Source: a virus (Duplodnaviria; Caudoviricetes). From it: a stretch of 64,000 nt of DNA. The stretch lies in the IMG/VR virus record IMGVR_UViG_3300001765_000076, positions 14,122-78,121 of that record; one strand, 5' to 3'. Positions within the stretch are counted from its first letter, which is position 1. Each line of letters begins with the position of its first letter. The notes under the pieces were generated by a model. The model ran no database searches. It worked only from the letters and a program-made list of their open reading frames with translations, and was not told the DNA's origin. A program made the translations under genes and the position numbers. Of this stretch, positions 27,372-36,701 are shown piece after piece.

Positions 27372-30139
27372 ATTTCGTTGATTTTTTCTATTTTATTATT
27401 GTTTATGAATTCGGTACTTGAATTTCCGTAAGGGTCTGATGGGAATGTTCTTGATTTTAAACCATAATCACCATATGAGTCTTGCCTTCTTAAATAAAGA
27501 TTTACTGGTAAATTTAAATATAATCTTCCATTTGTAAATTTCTTCTCCGTTTTATATTGTGATTCACTATCAAATATACCCTCTGGTAGTATTTCTCGCC
27601 ATAATATTTTACCATTACCTAAATCATCTCCATAGCTTGGTATTAGTTCACTATAATATTTTTTAAATGTATAAGTGTTTTTATTTACATCGGCTAGTAT
27701 ACCGAAAAATTCAATGGTGTATGGTATTAATATACAGTCACTTAGTTTCTGATTTAGTCTTATATTTGTAGTCGTATGATCTATTATATTATTGTTTGAA
27801 TCTAATTTTGAAATCCTTAACCTATCAAAATCTTGAAATTGGTTGATGTTGGTTATCTTTAGTATTAATTGTTTGATTTGGTTTTCTGTACTGTTGTTTA
27901 GTAACACCACCGTATCACTAAATGTGACACCAGAAATGAATAAATCACATGGTGTTATTTCAATTAATTCACCCTGTGTTATTATCTCCGAATAATTTTT
28001 TAATGGTATTTTGTAATGTGGTTTATAAAAATAACCCTCATTTCTCGGTAGTAAATCAATTGTTTTATTACCAAATTTATAATTCCCGTTGACATCGTTT
28101 GGATTTGGTAACCATGGTGTTGCGACTGTGTTTTGTTCGACTTTAAAATTATAAAAACATGTATTATTACCTATAGTTGGTATAACAATATAAATTACGT
28201 GATAGGTTTCAAATGAAAATGTAAAGGTAGCTGATATATTTAAATATGGATTAGCTATTGTTCCACCAGCAAAAGAAAAGCTTTGATTACCAACATCTAT
28301 TGTAAAGGGTGTTGTTCCATATGATGTCACCGAAAAAGTATAAGTTTTTCCAACTTCAAAATTTACACCCCAATAATTCCAAGCATTTCCATTTGTAACT
28401 ATTGAGGTTATTTGAACCATTTTTTGTCCAGCTATGACTGGAAAACTTACCGTACTATAATGATCCGTACCCCAATTTTCTCCGATAGTGATACTATTAA
28501 TTATTAAATTAACATCAATATCATTATATATAAATTTATTGTTAGTTATCTCCCTCTGAACTGTATTAAACCTATGTTGAACCACGTCCAATACATTTTC
28601 TTTAACTAATGTTTTATTATATTCAACAATGTCACCAGCAAATAAATTATTTGAGTATCCTTCTAATAGTGAGTTGCTTCCATCTTCCATTAATAAAATA
28701 TCACCATCTTCGGCAAGTATTGAACCTCCTTCGTTGGCTAGTGACCCACCACTTATTATCACATCATTTTCTATCGGTATTTCAGTTGTGTTATTACCGT
28801 TTATTAGGCGTATATTTGTATAACCAGTTACGTTCGGTAGTTCATCTATACCCGACTGTATTTTAGTAAAAACATTACTATGCTCAGTACTTGTAGCTGC
28901 AATCCCTTTTTTAATTGTAGTGAAGTATATCTCACTAACTGGTCTATTTAGGTTGTCAGTTAATAAATTTATATCAATATCGTCTATGTATTGTATTTGT
29001 TGTAATTTATCACCAAATATATTTCTAGCAAACCCAAGCTGATAACTATCATTTGAAAGTTCTACGGTATTTGACTCTGTTTTTGAAATTATGTTTTCAT
29101 CATTTATCTCTTCGGTTTCAAATTTAAAATTAGGTAATTTCCTAAACATCCGAATATAATAGTTTGACTCAACACCATCAATTACTTTAATTATGCGTTT
29201 TTGTTTTATATTATTTATAAGCGTAGGTGTTAGTGTCTTCCCGTATTTATCAATATCAATTAAAATTGTATGTTCTTTATCTAGTCTATTTATATCACCA
29301 ATATCAAAAACTAAATACGTATTAGTTTCACCACTTATACTTTTAAATTTAATAACATCTCCTTGATTTAAACCATGTTTATATGGTGTTGATATTTGTA
29401 GGTAGTTACCTATTTCTACGGTATATCCAGTTGAACCTCTAACTATTGGTAGACCGTTTATATTATTTGCGTCGGTTACTAATATATGATCCAATTTATT
29501 TTTATAAGGATATGTAATACAATAATCCCAATTGTTCTCCAGTGTATCGTTTACCACTCTTGGCTTAAAACTAAAATAATCTCTACTTGGAAATAAATCT
29601 ATTTTTTCACACTGTTGTTTGTTTTTAAACATCCTATTATCATTGATGGTTCCCTTATTGACAAACCCAAACCAACCATTATCTTCTGTTAAATTATTGT
29701 CTATTGAATCGTTTATTGTCATTACATCTAATAGCGTAGTGCCAGTAAAGTTATTTAACGTATTACCAGTTTTAAATGTATTCACCCTTAAAAAATGATT
29801 ATCAAATATATCATAACCAGGTAGATACGTATAGCCAGTATTTATTGTCTGTATTGCATTTAATCTATTATTGCCAATTATTTCAACTCCGTTTGAGTTA
29901 AATATCTGTGTTAGGGGATTTACTAAAACATTTGTAGTAATTGGATTTACCGTTACATTTAACCTATATTTAGTACATTTATTTCTTTCATCATCAAATA
30001 CTTGGTAGGTATTTACCGTTTTTGAAATATTATCAATAGGAATTACCCTTGAAGTTTGTTCTAACTCCAAGGTCTGATAAAAGTCCTTATTGACGGCTTT
30101 CTGATTCCTGTTTTTTTCTAATGATAAATTTATTTCCAT
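27365..30139 (-). CDS. Structural protein (unassigned; likely start MEINL at 30139)
   Basis: The track start at 30178 overlaps the upstream gene; the ATG at 30139 follows its stop. Confidence 0.7.
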   Translation of the reverse strand: MEINLSLEKNRNQKAVNKDFYQTLELEQTSRVIPIDNISKTVNTYQVFDDERNKCTKYRLNVTVNPITTNVLVNPLTQIFNSNGVEIIGNNRLNAIQTINTGYTYLPGYDIFDNHFLRVNTFKTGNTLNNFTGTTLLDVMTINDSIDNNLTEDNGWFGFVNKGTINDNRMFKNKQQCEKIDLFPSRDYFSFKPRVVNDTLENNWDYCITYPYKNKLDHILVTDANNINGLPIVRGSTGYTVEIGNYLQISTPYKHGLNQGDVIKFKSISGETNTYLVFDIGDINRLDKEHTILIDIDKYGKTLTPTLINNIKQKRIIKVIDGVESNYYIRMFRKLPNFKFETEEINDENIISKTESNTVELSNDSYQLGFARNIFGDKLQQIQYIDDIDINLLTDNLNRPVSEIYFTTIKKGIAATSTEHSNVFTKIQSGIDELPNVTGYTNIRLINGNNTTEIPIENDVIISGGSLANEGGSILAEDGDILLMEDGSNSLLEGYSNNLFAGDIVEYNKTLVKENVLDVVQHRFNTVQREITNNKFIYNDIDVNLIINSITIGENWGTDHYSTVSFPVIAGQKMVQITSIVTNGNAWNYWGVNFEVGKTYTFSVTSYGTTPFTIDVGNQSFSFAGGTIANPYLNISATFTFSFETYHVIYIVIPTIGNNTCFYNFKVEQNTVATPWLPNPNDVNGNYKFGNKTIDLLPRNEGYFYKPHYKIPLKNYSEIITQGELIEITPCDLFISGVTFSDTVVLLNNSTENQIKQLILKITNINQFQDFDRLRISKLDSNNNIIDHTTTNIRLNQKLSDCILIPYTIEFFGILADVNKNTYTFKKYYSELIPSYGDDLGNGKILWREILPEGIFDSESQYKTEKKFTNGRLYLNLPVNLYLRRQDSYGDYGLKSRTFPSDPYGNSSTEFINNNKIEKINEIC

Positions 30140-30143
30140 GTTG

Positions 30144-30974
30144 TTAATGAGGTTCACTGCTAACGAATAACACATCAACTACTGTAAATATACCAAAGTT
30201 TGGTATTACAGAACCCAGTATAGTTTCATTCACATGATTGGCATCAGTAGTTTCATAATTATACTTGGTTGTATAAGGATTATCACATGGGCCAGTTGGT
30301 ACGGTTGTTGTTACTGCGTTTATTTCTGGTAATGACCAATCAGAAAGACCTTGTGAGAACGTTACCATTCCATCCATGGGCCTAAATTCGGTAAAGCCAG
30401 TAATAACTTGATTATTAGTACCATTATTGTCGTTGCAGTCAGATTCAGTTAAACTAAATGTATGGCCACTACTACCAATAGGTATGTAGTTATATACGGT
30501 TTGTCGACCCAAAATAGAATCGGAGCCAAGTCTATGTACCATAAATTGAACTCTTATAGTATTTGTTGGTATATATGGTAGGCCAGTTGATGTTCTGGTT
30601 AAACTTACTGTGTATGTTGAGCTAGTCTGCCCAGTATTTGAAAATGTTACTGTGATGTCTACTGGAACTCTAGCCCCATTCCAAAATGTACTACCAATTA
30701 TAGGATTACTGTTACTGTCTTTAATATATGGATTAATACTAATAACTCTCGCTTTAAAGGCTGTTAGTCTATTATCCCATCCTGTAGTTCCAGTTGATGG
30801 TAATTGAGCTAGTTCTATATTTGTTAGTGGTGCCCACGTAGTTCCGTTGTATGTAAAACCAGATTGACCATCGTATACCGTAGTTGTATCTGGGTACCAT
30901 TCTGGGTGTGTTGGTTCTTGTTTTAATACACTTAATTTTAGGCTTCTTCTCCAGCCAGTTTTTGTCCATGCCAT
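30144..30974 (-). CDS. Thr-rich structural protein
   Basis: 276 aa, TG/SG-rich. Confidence 0.7.
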   Translation of the reverse strand: MAWTKTGWRRSLKLSVLKQEPTHPEWYPDTTTVYDGQSGFTYNGTTWAPLTNIELAQLPSTGTTGWDNRLTAFKARVISINPYIKDSNSNPIIGSTFWNGARVPVDITVTFSNTGQTSSTYTVSLTRTSTGLPYIPTNTIRVQFMVHRLGSDSILGRQTVYNYIPIGSSGHTFSLTESDCNDNNGTNNQVITGFTEFRPMDGMVTFSQGLSDWSLPEINAVTTTVPTGPCDNPYTTKYNYETTDANHVNETILGSVIPNFGIFTVVDVLFVSSEPH

Positions 30975-30996
30975 AATTTTTGTTTTTTTTTATATT

Positions 30997-33006
30997 TTAA
31001 TTATTTTTTTCTTCTTCCACATAACCAACAAATTCACTAGTATATTGGTATCCTGGAGTATAAGTTTCCTCTAATACACCAAGTAAAAATTCACTGTCAT
31101 ACCTGAAAGATGGTTTATATGTTGTGAATGTTTTAGTGTTACCATAGCCAACCCCAGCGTAATTTATAGCGTAAGCCCTAACGTAGTAAGTCGTATCTTC
31201 TGTTAAGTTAACTAATCCACTGATAAAATCTACGGTGCCAGTACCGTCGGTTGTTTTTGCATTCCCAGTAGTTGGTGTGATTCCAGTACTCCAACAAACT
31301 CCACGAGCGTATATTTGACCACCATTTCTTGCGTCGATTGCAATTCCACCACTAGTCGCCGTTATGTTAGCTATACTACTGACATCGGCCGTTCTTATTG
31401 TTGGAGCTAAAAAATTGGAGACCACTTCGTTTCCATAAGAAGTTCCAACTATATTCGTCACATAAGCCCTAACATAATAGGTTGTGGCTATGTTGGCGAC
31501 TGTTATCGTTTCAGTAAATGAACTTTGATTCAATGTACCATTAGTTGTTTTAGTGTCAGCAGTGGTTGGCGTTCCAGTTGTATTCCAACATACCCCATAT
31601 GCTGTGACGGGAACACCGCCGTTAGCTATTAATTCACCACCAGAACTCATTGTTGTTGATGATGATGGGATTAGAGCTTTTGTAGTTGCTGTTGGTAGTG
31701 TGGCTGCTAGGGTCTTAAAGGATACTACTTCTCCATACCCAACGCCTATTTCGTTTATGACATATGCACTGACGTAATATGTCGTATCTGGAATTAATCC
31801 AATCAAGTTGCTTGTGTAATCACCAACCCCACTACCATTGTTAGTTTTGGTATCGCCAGTTGTTGGGTCATCACTTAAAGCCCAGCAAACACCTCTGGAG
31901 GTTATTACCCCACCACCACCTGATTGTACGTACCCACCACTTGTTGCCGAATTTTGGCCTATATTAATAATTCCCTTGGTGTAAGATATTATTGGTTGTT
32001 GTTTAACGTAAAAATAATAGTCATCGTATTCTGGTAAAATGGTGAATAATCCATTAACACCAAATGTTATAACAGCCCGATCGGTTCCCTTTTTGATGGT
32101 GGTTTCCTTGTTACCCATGGTTATATTTATGTCACTCGCTACAGGGTGCTGCGCCGTGAATACAAAATCCTTACCTGCAATAGTTTTATTTATTGAATTT
32201 AAGATTCTATTGTCTTCAATAATCTTTATTTTTGTTACTCCGTAGCTATAGTTATTAAATGCTGAGTTTTGTGCGAATGCCCTAATTCTATATGGAATAC
32301 CCACCTTTAAATTAAAAATTATATCGTTATATACCCCTATGTTTGAAGAGTATTCTGCGTTGATGATGTTATTATTATTAATTGTTGGCTCACCAGTATC
32401 TCCACTGATCCAACAAAAACCTCTTTTTGTTTTCAATTCGCTCGTATACGTTACTTCTCCATAGGCGTTTATTTTAGAAATAGATAGTTTGGTCATGGTG
32501 TTTGTTGTTACGACTGGAGGCGCATATATATTTATTATTTCCTCTGTTGTATTATTCGAGCATCCTATTTCTGATACCGCTACTTTATATTGACCATAGT
32601 CCTTTCCAGTAAAAAAATACCCATTGGTTGTGTTTGAATTGTATTGTATGTCCCAATTTTGATTTTTTTTATATAGTTTCAGGTTGTATGTAGTTACCTC
32701 TGAATTGTCATTAGTTATCCCTCTTACATCTATAGTTCCATCACTTGTACCATGACTACTTACATTCGTGCTTGAATAATCATATATAATGCCTTCGTTT
32801 TTGGGTACAAATATACTTTTAGTGACGGAATCCCCATTGCCATCAATTATCTTAATTGAATAATACTTAGATTCAAGACCAGTTAGATATATATCATCAT
32901 TAGATGATATATTACCCATATACTCTTTATTATCTACGTATATAGTATATGGGTAAATTACTTTACCAACACTTACCTTTATTTCACCTGATTTCAGATA
33001 TGACAT
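30997..33006 (-). CDS. Virion protein with four FN3-like modules
   Basis: Four repeats of (R/Y)G(V/F)CW..PT..(Y)x(V/I)(R/S)A(Y/F)..N. Confidence 0.75.
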   Translation of the reverse strand: MSYLKSGEIKVSVGKVIYPYTIYVDNKEYMGNISSNDDIYLTGLESKYYSIKIIDGNGDSVTKSIFVPKNEGIIYDYSSTNVSSHGTSDGTIDVRGITNDNSEVTTYNLKLYKKNQNWDIQYNSNTTNGYFFTGKDYGQYKVAVSEIGCSNNTTEEIINIYAPPVVTTNTMTKLSISKINAYGEVTYTSELKTKRGFCWISGDTGEPTINNNNIINAEYSSNIGVYNDIIFNLKVGIPYRIRAFAQNSAFNNYSYGVTKIKIIEDNRILNSINKTIAGKDFVFTAQHPVASDINITMGNKETTIKKGTDRAVITFGVNGLFTILPEYDDYYFYVKQQPIISYTKGIINIGQNSATSGGYVQSGGGGVITSRGVCWALSDDPTTGDTKTNNGSGVGDYTSNLIGLIPDTTYYVSAYVINEIGVGYGEVVSFKTLAATLPTATTKALIPSSSTTMSSGGELIANGGVPVTAYGVCWNTTGTPTTADTKTTNGTLNQSSFTETITVANIATTYYVRAYVTNIVGTSYGNEVVSNFLAPTIRTADVSSIANITATSGGIAIDARNGGQIYARGVCWSTGITPTTGNAKTTDGTGTVDFISGLVNLTEDTTYYVRAYAINYAGVGYGNTKTFTTYKPSFRYDSEFLLGVLEETYTPGYQYTSEFVGYVEEEKNN

Positions 33007-33047
33007 TTATTTTCTTTGTTGTTTTAATTTGTTATTTTCTTTATTTA

Positions 33048-36000
33048 TTAACTTTCAACTTCTTCCTCAACATATCCCATAAAGTTACCAGTGTATGTAA
33101 ACAATGGGTCATACTGCTCCTCTAGTACGCCATTAACAAACATTCCTGTATGGGTTAATGATGGCGCATACTTTCTGAAGTGACTAGCGCTACTGTAGTA
33201 AATATCATCACTGGTTTTAACATATGCTCTAATATAGTACGTTACGCCACTTAAACCAGGTATGATGGTGGTATAGTCAGTATTCCCAATACCACTATTT
33301 ACTTTATCCATGTTGTAGTCTGGTAGTGGCGTTGCATTTGGGTTTGGAGCATAACACACACCTTTTTCTACTATTGTGTTTCCATTTGCTTGGATTTTAT
33401 TATTACTTATTGATATTGTATCTGCACTTGCATCTGTTATGATACCCATAGTTAGTGTCGGGGGACCTTGACACAAACCTTCATTATTCAACACTTCTAA
33501 AGTCAATTCAAATTTATCTTTAACTGGTTCTGAACATGGAACAAAATATTGGTTATTAAATACATCTATTGCAGTCAGACCTGGTTTTAACCCAAAATAA
33601 AAATAAAATGAATTTGAATATTTTGGAAATGAATACTTTATACTACCATTAAGATCGGCTGTGGTGTAATAGCTTTCATTGATATTAGCCCAATAATCCC
33701 CGAACCTAAATTTATAATAATCATTAGATGGCAAATCACTAGGTAAATTACCCCCCTGCTTACTGACATCTGTGGCCCTTAATTTACCATCAAAACCATC
33801 TGGAAAGTTATAAGTAAAATCATATTTTAATTGTTTATACTTATCTGGTTTTGTCTTTAATCCATTACCATTCAAGGTTGAAAACATACCTCTAGCATCC
33901 CCATCTGAAATTTCATCTAGTGAAATAAAACCATCGATATTTGTTACACCAGTTACCGTTCCGTATTCGATAACAGTTTTTTCATCGAAATCAACACCTA
34001 ATTCACATAATCTAGTTGCATTTATACATGTTTTCATGGTTGTTGTACTACTCATACAATCAACGCCCACAAACAACCCATTTTCTTGATTTGCATATGA
34101 ATTACCCCAATCAACACCTGACATTTCTTTTTTCGATGCCAAATCCGTTTCCAATACTGGAATTGGAACACCAACATTATCTAATATTTCTTCTGGTTCG
34201 AAGCTGTCTGGCGGTAGTTTAAATGTTGTTGATGGTAATGATCGATGCAGTTGTGGTATCCCATCTTGATCGCAATCAATTAAACTCCCCAATAAAATAA
34301 TATTGGTTGCATTTAAATATTTAATTAAACTTGAATTTATTGAGCTATTTGGAAATTCAACCCCTCTATAATAATATATATCATCAAGTTCTTCCCTTTT
34401 GATTATACCATCACTTATTTTTTTAGGTGCAAACTGTATATAGCATTTTTGTTTTACTATTGATTTATTGTCCTCGCTTGTTCTGGTTGTGCAAGCTTCA
34501 TTAACACCATCGTTATCTCCATCTCTATTTATAGATGGTGAACATGTTTGAAGTAAATACATATTTGGATACTTATTAATACCATATGAACCACAGTATT
34601 TAACCTTTTTTTCACCAGTCTTACCGTTTCTTTTGGTTTTTGTTAAATATCTTGGCGCGTATAAACTGCCATTTAACCAGTCGTTTGTAAAATCAAAATT
34701 AACAACTTGTTCTTCGTTGGATAATTGAGTTTCTATACAAGATTTAATTTCATCAATATGTTGTCCGCTGCTACACCATAATGTATTTGGGTATTCACCA
34801 TCGTTTGCAGCTATAATGGAATCTTTACCAGCATATCTTTTTTTAAAAGGAACGAAATAGTCCTTATTTGAGAGTATTGAGCATTCATTACCCCCAATTT
34901 GACTACTTAAATGTATAAATCTAAATTCATTACTAAGCCTATCTCTAACTACTCCTCTAGTTGCTTCCTCAATTGCATCTATCACATCATTTACCATACC
35001 AACGATATCTATTAATAATTTAGTCAATAAACATATCAGCATAAACCTTAAATTTATATTAATCCAAATATTATTATATGGTACTGGATTATTACCTTCA
35101 TGATAGTTCACTGATTTTATTCCATTGAAATGTCTATCTATAGCTATAAATCCTTTTTGAATTCTTGGTATGTAATTTTTAACTGAGTAGACCTTATTCC
35201 ACATTAAATCTGTGAATGAATTTGGTTTGCAATTGTTATTGAATTGATAGTCTTCATCTATTTGTGATGTTGGATTATTTGGTATTAAATAAACACCCGT
35301 TTTGTCTTGGGTAAATTCATCACCATTATCATTTAGAGTAACTCTGAATCTGGTTTTAGTTCTTGTTGGTATACCCTTTCCTGGTTCTGTTGCTGGTACT
35401 AAATTTCCTCGTTCATCGGTGATTACATAATCTAGGTTCATTGGTATTTGATAACACCAAACACCATCTCCATTTATAAGCGTTCCACCATTTATATCGT
35501 ATCTTTCTATTTTATCCTCTAGTGTATATCTTAACATCTCTATAGTGCCCTGAGATGTCATTAATTCACTCATCTTCCCCGACGTTTTTGATGGCCTACA
35601 CGTCTTACTGATCGTGCTTTTGCTTGAGTCGGTAAATATACTACCCATAAAAACACAAGTTGGTTCGAATTTATATTGAATATCAATTGTTTTCTTTGTA
35701 ATAGCAATTTCACCCTCACTTTCATCACCCCAAAATGGATAGACAAAAATACTAGTATCCTGAGTTAGTATCTGAGGTAAATTATCTAAATTATTATTTT
35801 TTTTGAATTTGTTTGGGCTATCAAACTTTTTTAGATTATAACCCTGATAAGTCATATCTCTTGGTGCTTGTGAGAGTACTCCAATGTCTGATAAATCAAT
35901 ATCTACGTGAATTTGTTGCTGTCCAGTTGGTACACCGAATAGCATATAATCACCTGACTCATTGGTCACTGTGGTTAATTCGTAATAAGTGTTAAATGTG

Positions 36001-36416
36001 TTTAATATGTGATTGTCATCTAGAACATCTCTTTTAGATGGCATAGTACCAACGTTTTGATGACATTTATTTATTTTTTGTGATGGTAGTAAATTATAGC
36101 GCACACCATCGACATTTTTATCTCTTGTAGTTTTATATGGGTATAAAATTCCTTGTTCATTTGTATTGTCTGGGGATGGATTTTCAATAAATACAGATAT
36201 TTTAGCATTTGGAATACCGAAACCATCATTTGCTAGTACCCTACCCACAACCACACCGTAGTCAGCTGTATACAATTTATATACATCCTCCTGGTTTATT
36301 TTCAACGATAACACTTCCAAAAAATCAAAATCTTGATCTATTTTAATATTTAAACTAGTTTCCGTTTTGTTGTTTTGGTCGTATTTTATACGATATGATT
36401 TATTGTTTTCTTGCAT
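33048..36416 (-). CDS. Large structural protein with N-terminal CarboxypepD_reg-like fold and C-terminal FN3-like module
   Basis: YGVVVGRVLANDGFGIPNAKISVF; EKGVCYA..TYYIRAYVK. Confidence 0.65.
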   Translation of the reverse strand: MQENNKSYRIKYDQNNKTETSLNIKIDQDFDFLEVLSLKINQEDVYKLYTADYGVVVGRVLANDGFGIPNAKISVFIENPSPDNTNEQGILYPYKTTRDKNVDGVRYNLLPSQKINKCHQNVGTMPSKRDVLDDNHILNTFNTYYELTTVTNESGDYMLFGVPTGQQQIHVDIDLSDIGVLSQAPRDMTYQGYNLKKFDSPNKFKKNNNLDNLPQILTQDTSIFVYPFWGDESEGEIAITKKTIDIQYKFEPTCVFMGSIFTDSSKSTISKTCRPSKTSGKMSELMTSQGTIEMLRYTLEDKIERYDINGGTLINGDGVWCYQIPMNLDYVITDERGNLVPATEPGKGIPTRTKTRFRVTLNDNGDEFTQDKTGVYLIPNNPTSQIDEDYQFNNNCKPNSFTDLMWNKVYSVKNYIPRIQKGFIAIDRHFNGIKSVNYHEGNNPVPYNNIWININLRFMLICLLTKLLIDIVGMVNDVIDAIEEATRGVVRDRLSNEFRFIHLSSQIGGNECSILSNKDYFVPFKKRYAGKDSIIAANDGEYPNTLWCSSGQHIDEIKSCIETQLSNEEQVVNFDFTNDWLNGSLYAPRYLTKTKRNGKTGEKKVKYCGSYGINKYPNMYLLQTCSPSINRDGDNDGVNEACTTRTSEDNKSIVKQKCYIQFAPKKISDGIIKREELDDIYYYRGVEFPNSSINSSLIKYLNATNIILLGSLIDCDQDGIPQLHRSLPSTTFKLPPDSFEPEEILDNVGVPIPVLETDLASKKEMSGVDWGNSYANQENGLFVGVDCMSSTTTMKTCINATRLCELGVDFDEKTVIEYGTVTGVTNIDGFISLDEISDGDARGMFSTLNGNGLKTKPDKYKQLKYDFTYNFPDGFDGKLRATDVSKQGGNLPSDLPSNDYYKFRFGDYWANINESYYTTADLNGSIKYSFPKYSNSFYFYFGLKPGLTAIDVFNNQYFVPCSEPVKDKFELTLEVLNNEGLCQGPPTLTMGIITDASADTISISNNKIQANGNTIVEKGVCYAPNPNATPLPDYNMDKVNSGIGNTDYTTIIPGLSGVTYYIRAYVKTSDDIYYSSASHFRKYAPSLTHTGMFVNGVLEEQYDPLFTYTGNFMGYVEEEVES

Positions 36417-36698
36417 TTATTTTTTCTCCCCCCAGCTTAATAATTTACTTAAATCTATTTTAATTTGTTTTTTTGAAATAGCCCTGAATAATAAAAATGG
36501 TAAAATTACTATAGCAACCATAAATGTTAAAATTGCATATATTAAATATTTTAAAGTTTTATATAATATCTTATTTAGTCTTTTATTTTTGTTTGCATAA
36601 CCCTGTGATTTTGATTTATTTATGTCCTCTATCTTAGTTACTAGATTATCGGCGTTTTGTTTCGCTTTACAGTTACATGGTTTCTTTTCTAATCCCAT
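36417..36698 (-). CDS. Small membrane protein with N-terminal CNC motif
   Basis: PCNCK; one TM segment. Confidence 0.6.
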   Translation of the reverse strand: MGLEKKPCNCKAKQNADNLVTKIEDINKSKSQGYANKNKRLNKILYKTLKYLIYAILTFMVAIVILPFLLFRAISKKQIKIDLSKLLSWGEKK

Positions 36699-36701
36699 AA
36701 C

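Noticed and set aside
30772-30969. Minus-strand 65-aa ORF nested in 30144..30974 (and 59763..59945 nested in the 1931-aa gene)
   Set aside because: Alternative-frame overlaps with no recognisable motif or independent leader
30997-33170. Similar C-termini of the 669-aa and 1122-aa proteins as a DGR template/variable repeat pair
   Set aside because: Both copies are coding, differences are widespread rather than adenine-restricted, and no reverse transcriptase is in the window
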